From assembly GCA_050273025.1 (NCBI GenBank), contig CP158635.1, forward strand, positions 3,720,001-3,784,000: a DNA stretch of 64,000 nt. Reading direction: 5' to 3'. Below, one piece after another: positions 26,225 through 37,500 of this stretch. Made by a program: the position numbers and the translations under genes. The DNA comes from Cenococcum geophilum. Its lineage: Eukaryota. Within the stretch, counting starts at the first letter, position 1, and every line of letters begins with the position of its first letter. The notes beneath the pieces are model-generated. The model saw only the letters and a list, made by a program, of their open reading frames with translations, did no database searches and was not told the origin of the DNA.

Positions 26225-27346
26225 ATGTCTTCCCCACTCCCAACACCAGGCGACCCCGATCGAAAGCGTGTTCTCAATGTCCTTGCTCAGCGAAGATACC
26301 GTACGCCACCATACATCACCTTGCCTACCCAAAATTTTTAACATTGACTCTGCCGGCCTTAGGGCAAAGAAAACGCGAAAAGCTTGCGGCGCTAGAAGCC
26401 AAGGCGAAGACGGTATTACCTCAAGCATCAACACAGCCACAGAACCCAAGTAATTCTGCCGCAACTACATCGTTACCGACCCCATCATCAACCCAGTGTG
26501 AGCCACAAAATGAGAGGCTTGATGCTGAAAATACTCCAATGCAAACTCCTGCCCCAGAACTTGAAGTATCCAAAGGAGGATTCAACGTGGATCTCTTTGG
26601 TTCACTTTACAGTGATGAGGATTCCATGCTGCTAGGTTTTGACCAATATACAACTTGTCAAGCAGGAGAGATAGAGTTGAGTCCGTATGACGCTACGTAT
26701 TCTAAAGATGGTATATTCAATTCTCCTAATTCTCTTCGTTGCACAGAGCTAGAAAGTGCTACATCTAACAACAACAGTTGGATGTCACGGAACCAACCCG
26801 GCAATTCAAGAAGTCCGTCCTGAAACTCCACTTAAAGAAGGGTATTCAGCGTTCTCCTTCCCACTCTCGAATGATGCCGCCCTAGAAGTCCCAGTCCTCA
26901 ATGCCCTCCGTGCCGGACTGACTGTCGCCAATCTCCTCGACTGTGCAAATTCCATATTTGACCCGTTCGCCCTCCGCACGCTCACTCCGCAACCCCAATC
27001 CGTCCCTCTGAATCTACAGCCAACGGACGTGCAGCAGCGCATCCCGCATCACCCGCTCTTGGACATCCTTCCTTGGCCCTCCGTCCGCACAAAGCTCATC
27101 TGTGCCCTCTCGCTACCAGCACCACTGCGACCACCGCCTGCTCGCGACTCGATGGCCATTATGCAAATCGTTTTCGATATCGATGATACAGCCGAAGGAT
27201 TCCGTGTCAATGGAATGAACGAGTTTGATGGCAAGACATGGGAAGTTGGCGAAGCGTTTTTCCGGAATTGGTGGTGGGCTTTGGATCGGGAGGTCCTGGA
27301 GAATACGAACAGATTAAGAGCGCAAAGAGGCGTTGGGCTAGGCTAA
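26225..27346 (+). CDS. bZIP-like basic region + DUF3425 domain protein (putative transcription factor)
   Basis: ATG 26225; RKRVLNVLAQRRYR|QRKREKLAALE across intron 26301-26362; intron 26711-26777 (GTATAT..CTAAC..CAG) joins into PLNLQPTDVQQRIPHHPLLDILPWPSVR...WEVGEAFFRNWWWALD...TNRLRAQRG. Confidence 0.88.
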
Positions 27347-27365
27347 GCTGCATGTATGATATGTT

Positions 27366-29408
27366 TCAGGATACAAGAACAGGGACGGCCCGCATCCTTT
27401 CTCTCTCCCGCTCTCGCCTACTTTGCTCCATCTCTGACATCGTTTGCGGATGGCAAGCTAAGCAGAAAATGCCCTGTCTTGTGCGAACGTACCGAAGGTT
27501 CTTAATCCCCTTGTAGCATTCGTGGCAGAAGAAGACGCCGGGACAAGCCAGCTCGCCCGGGGTATTTGTAAGGGTTTGGATTCTGGCGAAGCTGCCAGCC
27601 AAGCCATCTTCCTTAGCGCCATGCTCTTCCACACGTTGGTGACAGGATTGACAGCTGTAGCCGCAACTATTGCAGACCAGGGTATCATCATAGAAGAAGA
27701 AGGCGGTGGGGCCGTCGGACTGGAGGGTCACCCGACAAAAATTACAGCGGAAACAGCGAGTGTGCCAGCAGTGGCTGCTGAGATTATAATGCTTCTCTTC
27801 CTTGATTGGATCTTTACACCCTTTACAGGTCTTGTCAAGATCTCGGCCTTCTACATTTTGGCCCGAAGCCGCTGAAGTCCCCCCATTAGCACTTTGAGAT
27901 TCTGATGCCGCTCTTCTTAGAGAACTGAGAAGGGCATCCCGATCCGTCATAGCAGGAGTCGCTGATGTTTTTCCATCAGGCTGGTCATCTTGCTGGCCAG
28001 ATCCACTAAAGTGATATGGATTGTGCTGAGCCGATAAAGAAATCGTGCTCATGGGGGTAGTCATAGCCCGATGAGGCACAGCTTGGGGTGGCCGGAGGCT
28101 GCTTTGATGTTCTTGATGGAGAGTTGGAATAGCCGGAACGCTGACAGACTTCTGAAGCTCGCATCCCACGCTTGAGGCTGCTCTTTGGTGTGGTTGCACC
28201 TGCGTTTCTTCCGAGTTTTCAGTGGCTCGCGACTGGGAAAGATGAGTCTCATCAATGTCCCCGGACCACTCAGTCGTTAGGACCGAGCTTCTATCCGCAA
28301 TAACATGATCTGTTGCTCCAGGAATGCTTGATTGTGAATAAATATTAGCTTCCACGACAGGCTCGAGACCTGGACTAAGCATATCTCCATTCTTCTTCGT
28401 TCGTCTCTTAAACCAGTTCCACGAAGGAGGCTTCTTTGGCTTATTGGTAGTTTCGAACGGAACATTCGGAACGCTCCTTTTTTGGGTGGGCTCCTGCAAT
28501 CCCTCCGAAGGGTCAAATTCGTCTCGATGTTCTTGTGGCTTGGTTTCTCTTGAATTCAGTATATCTTCATTGTATTGATCCTCCTTCAAGGATATTTGGT
28601 TCATAGCGTCAGTAGCATGTGGCTCAGAGTATTCCGTCACGGATCTAACGTCTGATAAGTCATCGGAGAATACTGAGTCCGTCACGCGGGTTGAAGTTGA
28701 AGTGGATGAAATAACGGACTCCGTTCGTGCGAGGAAGCGTCGCATAGTAATATTATACGCATCTTGGCTAGAATTAGGATCTTGCCGGGCCGCAGGCGTA
28801 TTTCTTTGTGCCCTGTCCTCTCTATCCCTACTATCAACCTGGCGACGAAGACGGCGAATGTCCTTATGAAGGTGCTGCACCATATCTATCGTCTGCGAGG
28901 AATTGATACTTTATATATGGTCAGTAGAGTTTAACTGCTTGTCTAAAATTTTCAAAACATACAAATTCAGTGACGAAATTGCCAATTCAAGTGTGAGTTT
29001 ATAGTCGCTCAATGTTCTCTGCAACCCCAACACACCATTTTTCTTCCCCATTTCCCACTTAAACCCCCTCCAAGTACCACGCAGGGCATTGCCATTGGAG
29101 TCCATAAAGGGCTTGACAATCTTGCCTATCTCCTTGAAGACATCAATGCACTTTTCAAGTAGTTCTTTGATGTTGCTGATCAAATGGACCGGCAGACTCT
29201 CTTGGCGTGATACCTTATCCTGGGCAGTGAGCGCGTGTGCTAGCAGGCCTAAGACAGAATATAGTGATTGTAAGTCGCCTGCAAGACGCCTGATATTATC
29301 CGGTGCTTCTTGGATTCCCGTGACCATGTCGTAAGTCTGTTGGCCCAAGGTAATGGCTGTACTGGCGACAGTTAAGGCTGCCCCAAGCACTGACACTGGA
29401 TCGCACAT
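27366..29408 (-). CDS. Fungal HeLo-like/SesA-type N-terminal domain + disordered linker + tandem LIM domains resembling those of Rga-type RhoGAPs
   Basis: MCDPVSVLGAALTVA..IQEAP..IRRLAGDLQSL..VL..L..KW..L...KLTL N-terminus; intron 28962-28909 joins in frame to ORF 28883-27366; C-terminal CKGC..WHTRCFRCNFC..CNSCGYSCQSC..CHECYKGIKNLRYVRTRQGIFCLACH. No GAP domain. Confidence 0.85.
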
Positions 29409-31392
29409 GTTGGCTTAAGGCGGAATGGCTTACGCACTCCCTTTGAATTGTGGCTCGCGGTGCAAGGGTGCTGTCCAACCAAGAGCTGGTGCTGTACAGG
29501 CCAGCCGGTATCGGTATTCGATGAAGCCGGGGAACTTTGCCGGTGGAGGTGGTACGTCCGTCACAGATGCCGTTAAATTCTTGGTATCTGTGGGCGATTT
29601 AAAATGTTGACGAGAATACGAGTAGCGGCGATGAGGGGATGTTGCACGTTGGGGCCAATTTCAGCCGCACGGGAGTCAATCGTCTCATCAGGAAGCAGAT
29701 CGGAGGCACTACGATCAAGGAGGCATAGCATCTCCGCGTGACCTGCATCTTCGTTCCGAGAAGACCCACGCCGAGCGCTCTTTGTAGGTGTTTTTTGGAG
29801 AAGCAAATGATCAAGTGGAGGACCGCGCGAAAAGCGATTTCCCTTCCTTTTCGGGACTAGTGGCTGCCCCCTATGAGGCTCCAGAGTTACGGGCGCTCTA
29901 TAAGCAATAAGATTTTGGGCGGTCTCTGCCCCTAAAACCCGCCAAAGACCCCCAAAAACGCCAGCGCCCTTACGGGCAGCCTTATGGAAAAGCTGCTAGT
30001 CTCGAAAGGGAAGAGGATACAAAAGCTAAGGCCCGCTAAGCACATGCTTTCGGTAATTTTCAGGCAATAGAGTCAACCACTCGTGTTGGTTCCAAGGTTG
30101 CCCATCGACTTTTGGCTGAAATACACCTGCCACATAACCTATGCACGTCTTGCCAGATTACCCGAACCCCAAACAAGTGCCGGAAAGACGCCGCAAGTTA
30201 TGCCTCGCTACCGACACCCTATTTCTGATGTGGACGACACAATGCTTGGGGTAACGTTTAACAGAATCTTTCAATTCTCTCTTCATCATGCTTTTCATCA
30301 GATCTCTTTATAACGAATACTACCTACGGCCAGGAAGAATCAAGAGCATGCCGTACAGTAGTTCAACCAGCCGTGAGCGCGGCCGTGGGAGAAATTTCAA
30401 TCATTCGCGAGTCTATTCATCCGTGATATTTACCGACATTTCCACTACGTCAATGGCTTGTTTTTACCAGGTCTGACCGTAAAACAAGACCGGTCAGATC
30501 CCATCCCGAATCGCAAGCTTGGCATCCCCTTTTACTTCAATAAATCCTACATACGTTTGGCTTTTTCCTCGCCTGCTGATTGGCAAAGCGATGAATCTTT
30601 CCTTGGAGGTCAAGACAAGCACATCAGATTCTCCACAATGCTCTTACCGCCCTCAATGCATTCTATCCTATAGGCCTATCTTCCCCTATTGCAGTTGTAC
30701 CTAGATACAGACCTCGGAACGATGCCTTCCACCTTAGTGCCTACCGTAACCAACATTTACCAAAGAAAACTTGATCCCTTTGTGTGGCAAAAGAGACTTT
30801 TCGTATTGGGCGCTTTGGGCGCTCCTGCCTGGGTTAACATGCTGTAGGCACCCTAGCTAGCGTGATTTTATTAGCAAGCCTTACCAAAACGCGATGTTGA
30901 TGAAATACTGCAGAGGCCACCACTATAAACACCCATATATATATTTTTTGAGGAAGCCGGGCAAAAAGTTGTGATGTATAACATCATAACTATAAGTTTC
31001 TGCCCTTTATTAACCAACCTTGGAGGCTTTGGAGCCGAAGACGCACGACTCTTTTTGGGCGGCATAAGGACTGAAAATTTAATATTAAAGCTTTTTAATC
31101 AACTACACTAAATATTATAGGCTTCCTGGCCACATTGCTACTGTTTACCGCAATATCCAAGCGTTAAAAGCGTGAATGAGGCGCCAGCACCTTTACTAAG
31201 CAACCGCACTGACCGGAGGCTTTAACACCAAGCTCTATACGGTATAGAGCCTCTAGATTGGCTTATGAGGCGTGCATATACGAAAAGTCCAAGAAAACTT
31301 GCCACACGAAGGGATATTCGAGGAAATGATATGCCATAAGCTGTTTATTTAACTCCAAGGTAACCGTCCTTCAGACCTTCACGGCAACCAAC

Positions 31393-33231
31393 ATGCAGTT
31401 ACCCTTCTTAATATCGTTGGCCGTCGCCTTTATTATCCCTCTACCAGCCAGCGCAGCACCAGCAAATCAACCAAGTGCGACTACGGCAAAGAACCAACTA
31501 ATAAATTCTGGGACATGCGTAAGCAATCTTTCTATTATATAAACAGCCAGAGGAACTTTATAGACATCGCCTTATTGTTAATCGCAGCGCAAATTTCTTC
31601 CTCTCGTCTCACATGTGTTGATCGACATTGCTGTGTTAATAAAGCGTCGTTTTCTTTTCAAAATTCTAACCATAAATTACTTAGTGTGCTGCTCTCGATT
31701 ATTTCCTCCCCGGGAAAGTTCACTACAATGATTTAACTGACCTGAGCTATCAAACATCACTGCTCTCGTATTGGTCACAACAGGAGCAAAGTTTACATCC
31801 CGCTTGCATCGTCATTCCTGCTAGAAGTCAAGATGTTTCAACCGCGGTGTTTATTCTCAACATTGCATACACAATGTCCATGAATGGTTGCAATTTTGCC
31901 ATAAAAAGTGCAGGGTATGGTTCTCGCCATTATGCAGTGTTCTAATTCAGTTGACTAATATCAATCAGCCACACTCCTCAGGCTGGAGCTGCTAACATAG
32001 ATGGCGGAATCACCATCGATTTGGCCAGTTTGAATCAGGTAACAGTCTCCAGTGACCAGAGCATTGCCGGCATCGGCCCAGGAAACAGATGGGCCAACGT
32101 GTATACCACGCTCGATTCTTTAGACCTTGCTATGGTTGGCGGGAGAGTGAGCGATGTAGGCGTTGGAGGTTTAATGACTGGAGGTACCACGACATTTACA
32201 AATCTTCTCTTTCATATCTTCTTTCATACTAAAAGCTTAGCATAGGAGGTGTGTCTTTCTTCTCCGGTCGTTACGGCTTCGCTTGTGACAATGTGTTCAA
32301 CTTCGAGGTTGTCCTCGCCTCCGGAGCTACTGTCAACGCCAACGCAACTTCTAATCCGACCCTTTACCGCGCCCTCAAAGGTGGATCGAATAACCTCGGC
32401 GTTGTAACCCGGTTTGACGTGCGCCTCTTTCAGCAAGGCTCCTTCTGGGGCGGATCCCTTATTCAAGCCATTACAGAAAAACAGGACGTCATAAACTTCA
32501 TATCCAATTTCACCCATAGCACAACATACGACCCGTACGCTGCACTTATCACCAATTTCGTCTGGGACGCCGGCCTCAAACTCATTCTTAGCGATGTCGA
32601 GTACACTAAGCCGACTCCATATCCTCCAGTCTTCGTTCCTTTGTTCGCACTACCAGCCCTAGCGAACACAATGCGCATCGCCCCTCTTTCTTCGTTTACA
32701 GACGAGATCGCAGCATCAAGCGGCCCTACAACGGACGGAAAGAGCAACCTCTTCGCCACCATGACATTTACTAACAGCGCTGAATTTATGTCTGATTTCT
32801 GGGACCTCGCTGATGCCATGGTGACTTCTCTCAGCACCATCACGGGGCTTCTCTTCACTTTGACTTTCCAGCCTCTACCACAGGTTATCTATTCCAAGTC
32901 CGCAGCCACTGGTGGGAATGTGCTTGGCCTGGACCGGTTCACCGACGACTTCATCAACGCGCTCGCAGTAGTGAGCTGGGCATTGCCGACGGACGATGCC
33001 ACAGTTTATGCGGCCGTACAGCAGCTGTTTGACGATGCGGTGGCAAAGGCAAAGTCGATGGGCGTGTGGAATGAGTTTATTTACCTGAACTACGCTGCAC
33101 CGTGGCAGAAGCCTATTACTAGTTATGGACAGGCGAACAAGAACTTTTTGCAAAGTGTCAGTAAAAAGTACGACCCGAACTCACTGTTTCAAAAGGCTGT
33201 TCCAGGTGGCTTCAAGTTAGCCACGTCGTAG
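31393..33231 (+). CDS. Secreted FAD-linked oxidoreductase (FAD_binding_4 / berberine-bridge-enzyme-like)
   Basis: Signal-peptide-like start MQLPFLISLAVAFIIPLPASA; introns 31519-31684, 31915-31968, 32184-32245; FAIKSAG|H (covalent-FAD His), GGRVSDVGVGG, ALKGGSNNLGVVTRF, YLNYA, KKYDPNSLFQKAVPGGFKL. Confidence 0.92.
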
Positions 33232-33740
33232 TGATTTGGCTTTAGGGACATATCTCGGAGGATTTAATGTTGGTGGTGATGCATGGGATTAGTGCAATTA
33301 GTGCAATTAGTGCAATTTATGTTTTATTTTTGCCGTCCTAGTTGTGTCCTCTTGAATGGCTCTAGATATTCAAGCGAATTGTAAAGTATTTCCGTATGTT
33401 CAGTTTCGAATACCATTACACGGTCATCCAGAACTTACATAACATGGCAAGAACTAAACGAATGACTGCCGGTGGTTTACGCCATTGTTCCTACGTTAAC
33501 ATTGTATTGCAACAGCACTTTTTTCAGAAAGCCAACATAGGATGGTGAGCAGGGTTGCACATAATCAACGCAATCGTAATCAGGCCATAGATTTTGATTC
33601 TTATAAGAAAGAGGATGTTGCACTACCTCGTCTGTTAATACGGAGGTAGATCCGTAAGATAGCTATAATAGGTTACCTCCCTATCCGGTATACCCGTAAA
33701 TAGGAATTAGTTTAGGTAGTTCTTTTAGGGGCGTATTTAT

Positions 33741-34368
33741 CCCTTGGAACGCCAACTTGCGTCCATCTGTTATCGATAAGAACCAGCCAATGGAATCAAT
33801 AGGATTAAGGCTCCGTGATCAGAAATATAAGGTTCGTGATATCTGTCGATTGCCATACGAAGGGCCTATATACACTCAATCCTTTGAGTTTAGTAGCTCT
33901 CTATGAATAAGCACACCTGAATACCCGTACAATTTGTCCTTGCACGCTGGCTGCCATATCCGCACCCATGGCGATTGTTCCTTGCCCTCGGGCCGCTGCT
34001 TGCGTGCTTGTTTGTCCAATCTGCCAGCTGCTCCATAACCTCATCTGTGAAGAATTGACTGAATATCGCGAAAGTATTACTCTACTCGACGCCTGAGGGT
34101 AGAATTGGCTTGCCGTGATCGTTGAAATCGTCGATGTGAAGGGGGTTGAAAACAGGTAGAGGCCACGGTTCTGGGATGGTTCTTTTGTTTTGCAATTTGG
34201 ATCAACTTGATATTAGGTCGGTTCAACAAGATCTATATCATTGGTAGTACGTTTGGAAGACATAGTTGATAATAATCTATTGCTTGAATCTATATACAAT
34301 TTGCGCGTATTTTTGAGCTCGGTGTTCCGTACGGACCACTTTCTAGATGGACGCAGGCGTTCTATGGG
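33741..34368 (-). mobile_element. Internally deleted piggyBac-like element
   Basis: CCC...GGG ends with imperfect TIR (CCCTTGGAACGCCaactTGCGTCCATCT vs CCCATAGAACGCCTGCGTCCATCT); minus frame FAIFSQFFTDEVMEQLADWTNKHA and WQPACKDKLYGYSGVLIHR resembles the DDE_Tnp_1_7 N-terminus. Confidence 0.75.
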
Positions 34369-34553
34369 ATAAGGTTAGCTAGCTTTACGGTATACTAGGT
34401 ATCTATTAAAGAGTATTTACTATAGAATCATCTAAAGTAGAGGTTAAATCTTAATATCTTTTATGGAATAAAGTATAGGAGATAATATAGCTTCTTCTAC
34501 TAATTAGCCGACCTAGATCGATATATAATATATTAATTCCTTTTAACCCTAGA

Positions 34554-37500
34554 TGTTACAGTGCTGCAATGAAGTAGACTGAATAACTACGTTATGGTAT
34601 AAAGAGGAGAAGGTAAAAAGGGGGTATTATATACAAATAGTAGGGCCAGCCGCCAAGGCACTAGTGGTGGGCCAGCTAATAGTAGGAAATAGTACGAGAC
34701 AGTATAGAACAGTATGCGTTAGGTCAGTGCCGTAACAGTACTCCTCTCTCCCAAATAGTTTGGTCTCTAAACTAAATAGATAACTCTAAAATAGGCAGTA
34801 TATAGGGTTACCTGTTTTTTACTGCAAAGATATTAGTTCCGCTTACCGCCTTTAACTAAGCTAATGGCGATTTTCTATGCCGGGCATAGAAAATCCTAAT
34901 TGGTTAGTTTAGTAAGTAATATTAGTAAAACTCTACACCGCCACCCGAACCAATCCGTATAGCGCTTCTTAATAAGAATCTAGTTAATTAGACAACTTTA
35001 ACCGCCGGTTAAAGTTCTATAACATCTTAACCACCACAAATTTTAACACGGTAGTCGGCCACGACCTTAGCGTAACTTCTTCTTATCTTATACCCAGTCT
35101 GGGGGTCCTAGCTTCTTAGAGTATTACTTATAGAAGCGCTGTATAGCTTATTTATAACCCTTTAAGTCTTCTTCTAGCTGCTAGGTAGTATCCTTATAAT
35201 ATTTCCATTTAATCTTATAAGTTAGGCCTTAGGGGTCTTTATTATATACGTTAAGGATTTTCTTAAACTCCTATTTATCTTCTATATTGCCGTTATTATC
35301 TCTCTCTACTACTCGTCCTTATACATTACGGCGCTCTATAATATTGATATTTACTTAGCTAGAGATCTCTTCGGCAGCCTAGAGGCGGACCTTAGATATA
35401 TAGAAGGATTTGTTTACTTAAATGTAGTCTAGGAGGTCTACTATAACTGCCCCTTAGTATACTGCGAGTATAGGGTACGGGCCGTCCTATTTATTATCCC
35501 ATTTCTTCTTAGGTCTGTTTATCTTTATATTTTCTAAACTAACTATAACTATATCGCCTTCGTAGAATAACGCGCTCTCGTCCCTACGGGTATTAGCATT
35601 ATCTTTATAGCGTTGCTGTAAAATCCGGGCTAGGGCCTTAAGCTATATTAATATCCGCTTAAAGCGGTTGGCCATAGAGTCTACGCGGAAGAACTCCTTC
35701 TTTACTTATACTAATAGTATTAGTAGGTGGGGGCTAGTAGGCTCGATTCTAAGGCGAGGGTTAAAGCCATAGTTTATAAAGAATGGGGAGATACCTATGC
35801 TCTTATTAACTTAGTTATTTATAGCAAACTTGGCGAGCGGTAGATAGTTAACCTAGTTATCCTATATAAAGCTAATAAAAGCACAGAGGTACTTATTTAT
35901 AGCGGCGTTAATAATTTCGGTTTAGCCGTCCGTTTCTAGGTACTAGGCTAAGCTTAGTTATAAGGTTGTCTTAAGGCGTTTACTTAGTCGTTGCTAGAAG
36001 TTGCTAATAAATTATATACCGCGATCGGAGATAATTGTGCTTAGTGCACTATAGAGCTTATATACGTTATTAATAAAGCTATTAACTAGCTCCTCTGTTA
36101 AGAGTCCTATTACTAAAACAAAGTATTACATTTTAGTTAGGCGGTCTATAATAATAAGGATATATTTATATACCTTACCGTGGCGTTAGCATACCGTGGC
36201 GTTATAATATAGTTAATTAAAATATCTATTTATAGGTAAGCGGGTAGTTCTAGTGGCTTTAGGAAACCAGGCGGGGTAGAACGGGGGGTTTTAGTACAAA
36301 AGTATAGAGCATAGTCTTTAATAAAGGTAGCCGTAAACTAGGAGATTCCTAGCTACTAGTATATTTAGTTTAGGAGGTTAAGGGTCTTAACCTAGCTAGG
36401 GTAACTAGCGGGGCCGCTACTATAAGATTAGTAGATAACTTCTAGGTAGAGGTCTAGGGCGTTAGGGACAAAGAGGCGTTAGCGGAAGTAGATCTATTTA
36501 TTAATAATACTATATTCTAACTTATTGCAACGGAGTAATTTCCTAATCTTCTTTAGCTAACGGCGAGCTTTCTAATCTTATAGGGCCGCCGCTATATCTT
36601 TTATAAATTTGTTTTCCTAGTATCCCAACTAAATTAGCTCGTCTAGTAACTTTTCGGCTATTTTAGGGTCTAGAGCGGCTATAAACTCCATATTATTAAA
36701 GTTGCGGGACTTATATAGTAATTTTTCTAAGATTATAGGGTTAACTTTCTAGGGTGGTATAACGACTTAGGCTCGGTAGCGGAGGTATTTATTATTAGCG
36801 TCCTTAGGTCTTGTTCCTAGTAGCCAGCTTAGGGCATTAGGGAGCGTAGCTTTGCTGCTAGGTCTATATATAATTACAAAGTTAAACTATAAAAGGAACT
36901 CTACCTACTAGACTTAGCGCTAATTTAGCTACTTAGTAGTTATAAACGTTTATAGGTTCTTATAGTCGGTAATAATTTTAAACGGCTCCTTAGTCCCTTA
37001 TAGCTTAGGGCGCTATTCCTCTAAAGCCTTAATAATAGCTAAGAGTTCTTTATTATAGATCTTGTAGTTATACTCTAGCGTAGAGTACTTTACAAAAAAG
37101 AATGCGACTAGTCTTAATTTACTATTGTTGCTATACTAGAAAAGGACTTTACTAAAGGCCTAATTTAATGCGTCTATCTCTACCACTATTTTTTTTATAT
37201 AGTTATAGTATGTTAGTACTAGTGCTAAAGTAAAGGCTCTCTTAAGGGCCTTAAACGATTTAGCTTGTTCTAGTCCCCATAGCTATCTAATATCCTTCTT
37301 TAGGAGTTTTATTATTAGTATAGCGACGGCAGAGTAGCCTTAGATAAATTATTAGTAGAAGTTCGCGAAGCCAAGAAATTGTTATAGTTCTTTAATTAAC
37401 GTTAGGTCCTTCTATTCCTATAAGGCCTATACCTTCTTAGGGTTTATAGTTATACTATTAGTTAAGATAATTAAGCTAAGGTATTTTATTTTAGTAGAGT

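Noticed and set aside
29425..31300. Short ORFs (e.g. MPPKKSR at 31065) and the GCTCTATAC-G-GTATAGAGC palindrome at 31232-31250
   Set aside because: No recognisable domain, splice structure or element ends; may be old relics but unsupported.
33288..33317. ATTAGTGCA x3 (and TTCAAATCGTGG x2.5 at ~20476-20506)
   Set aside because: Short simple repeats with no evident function.
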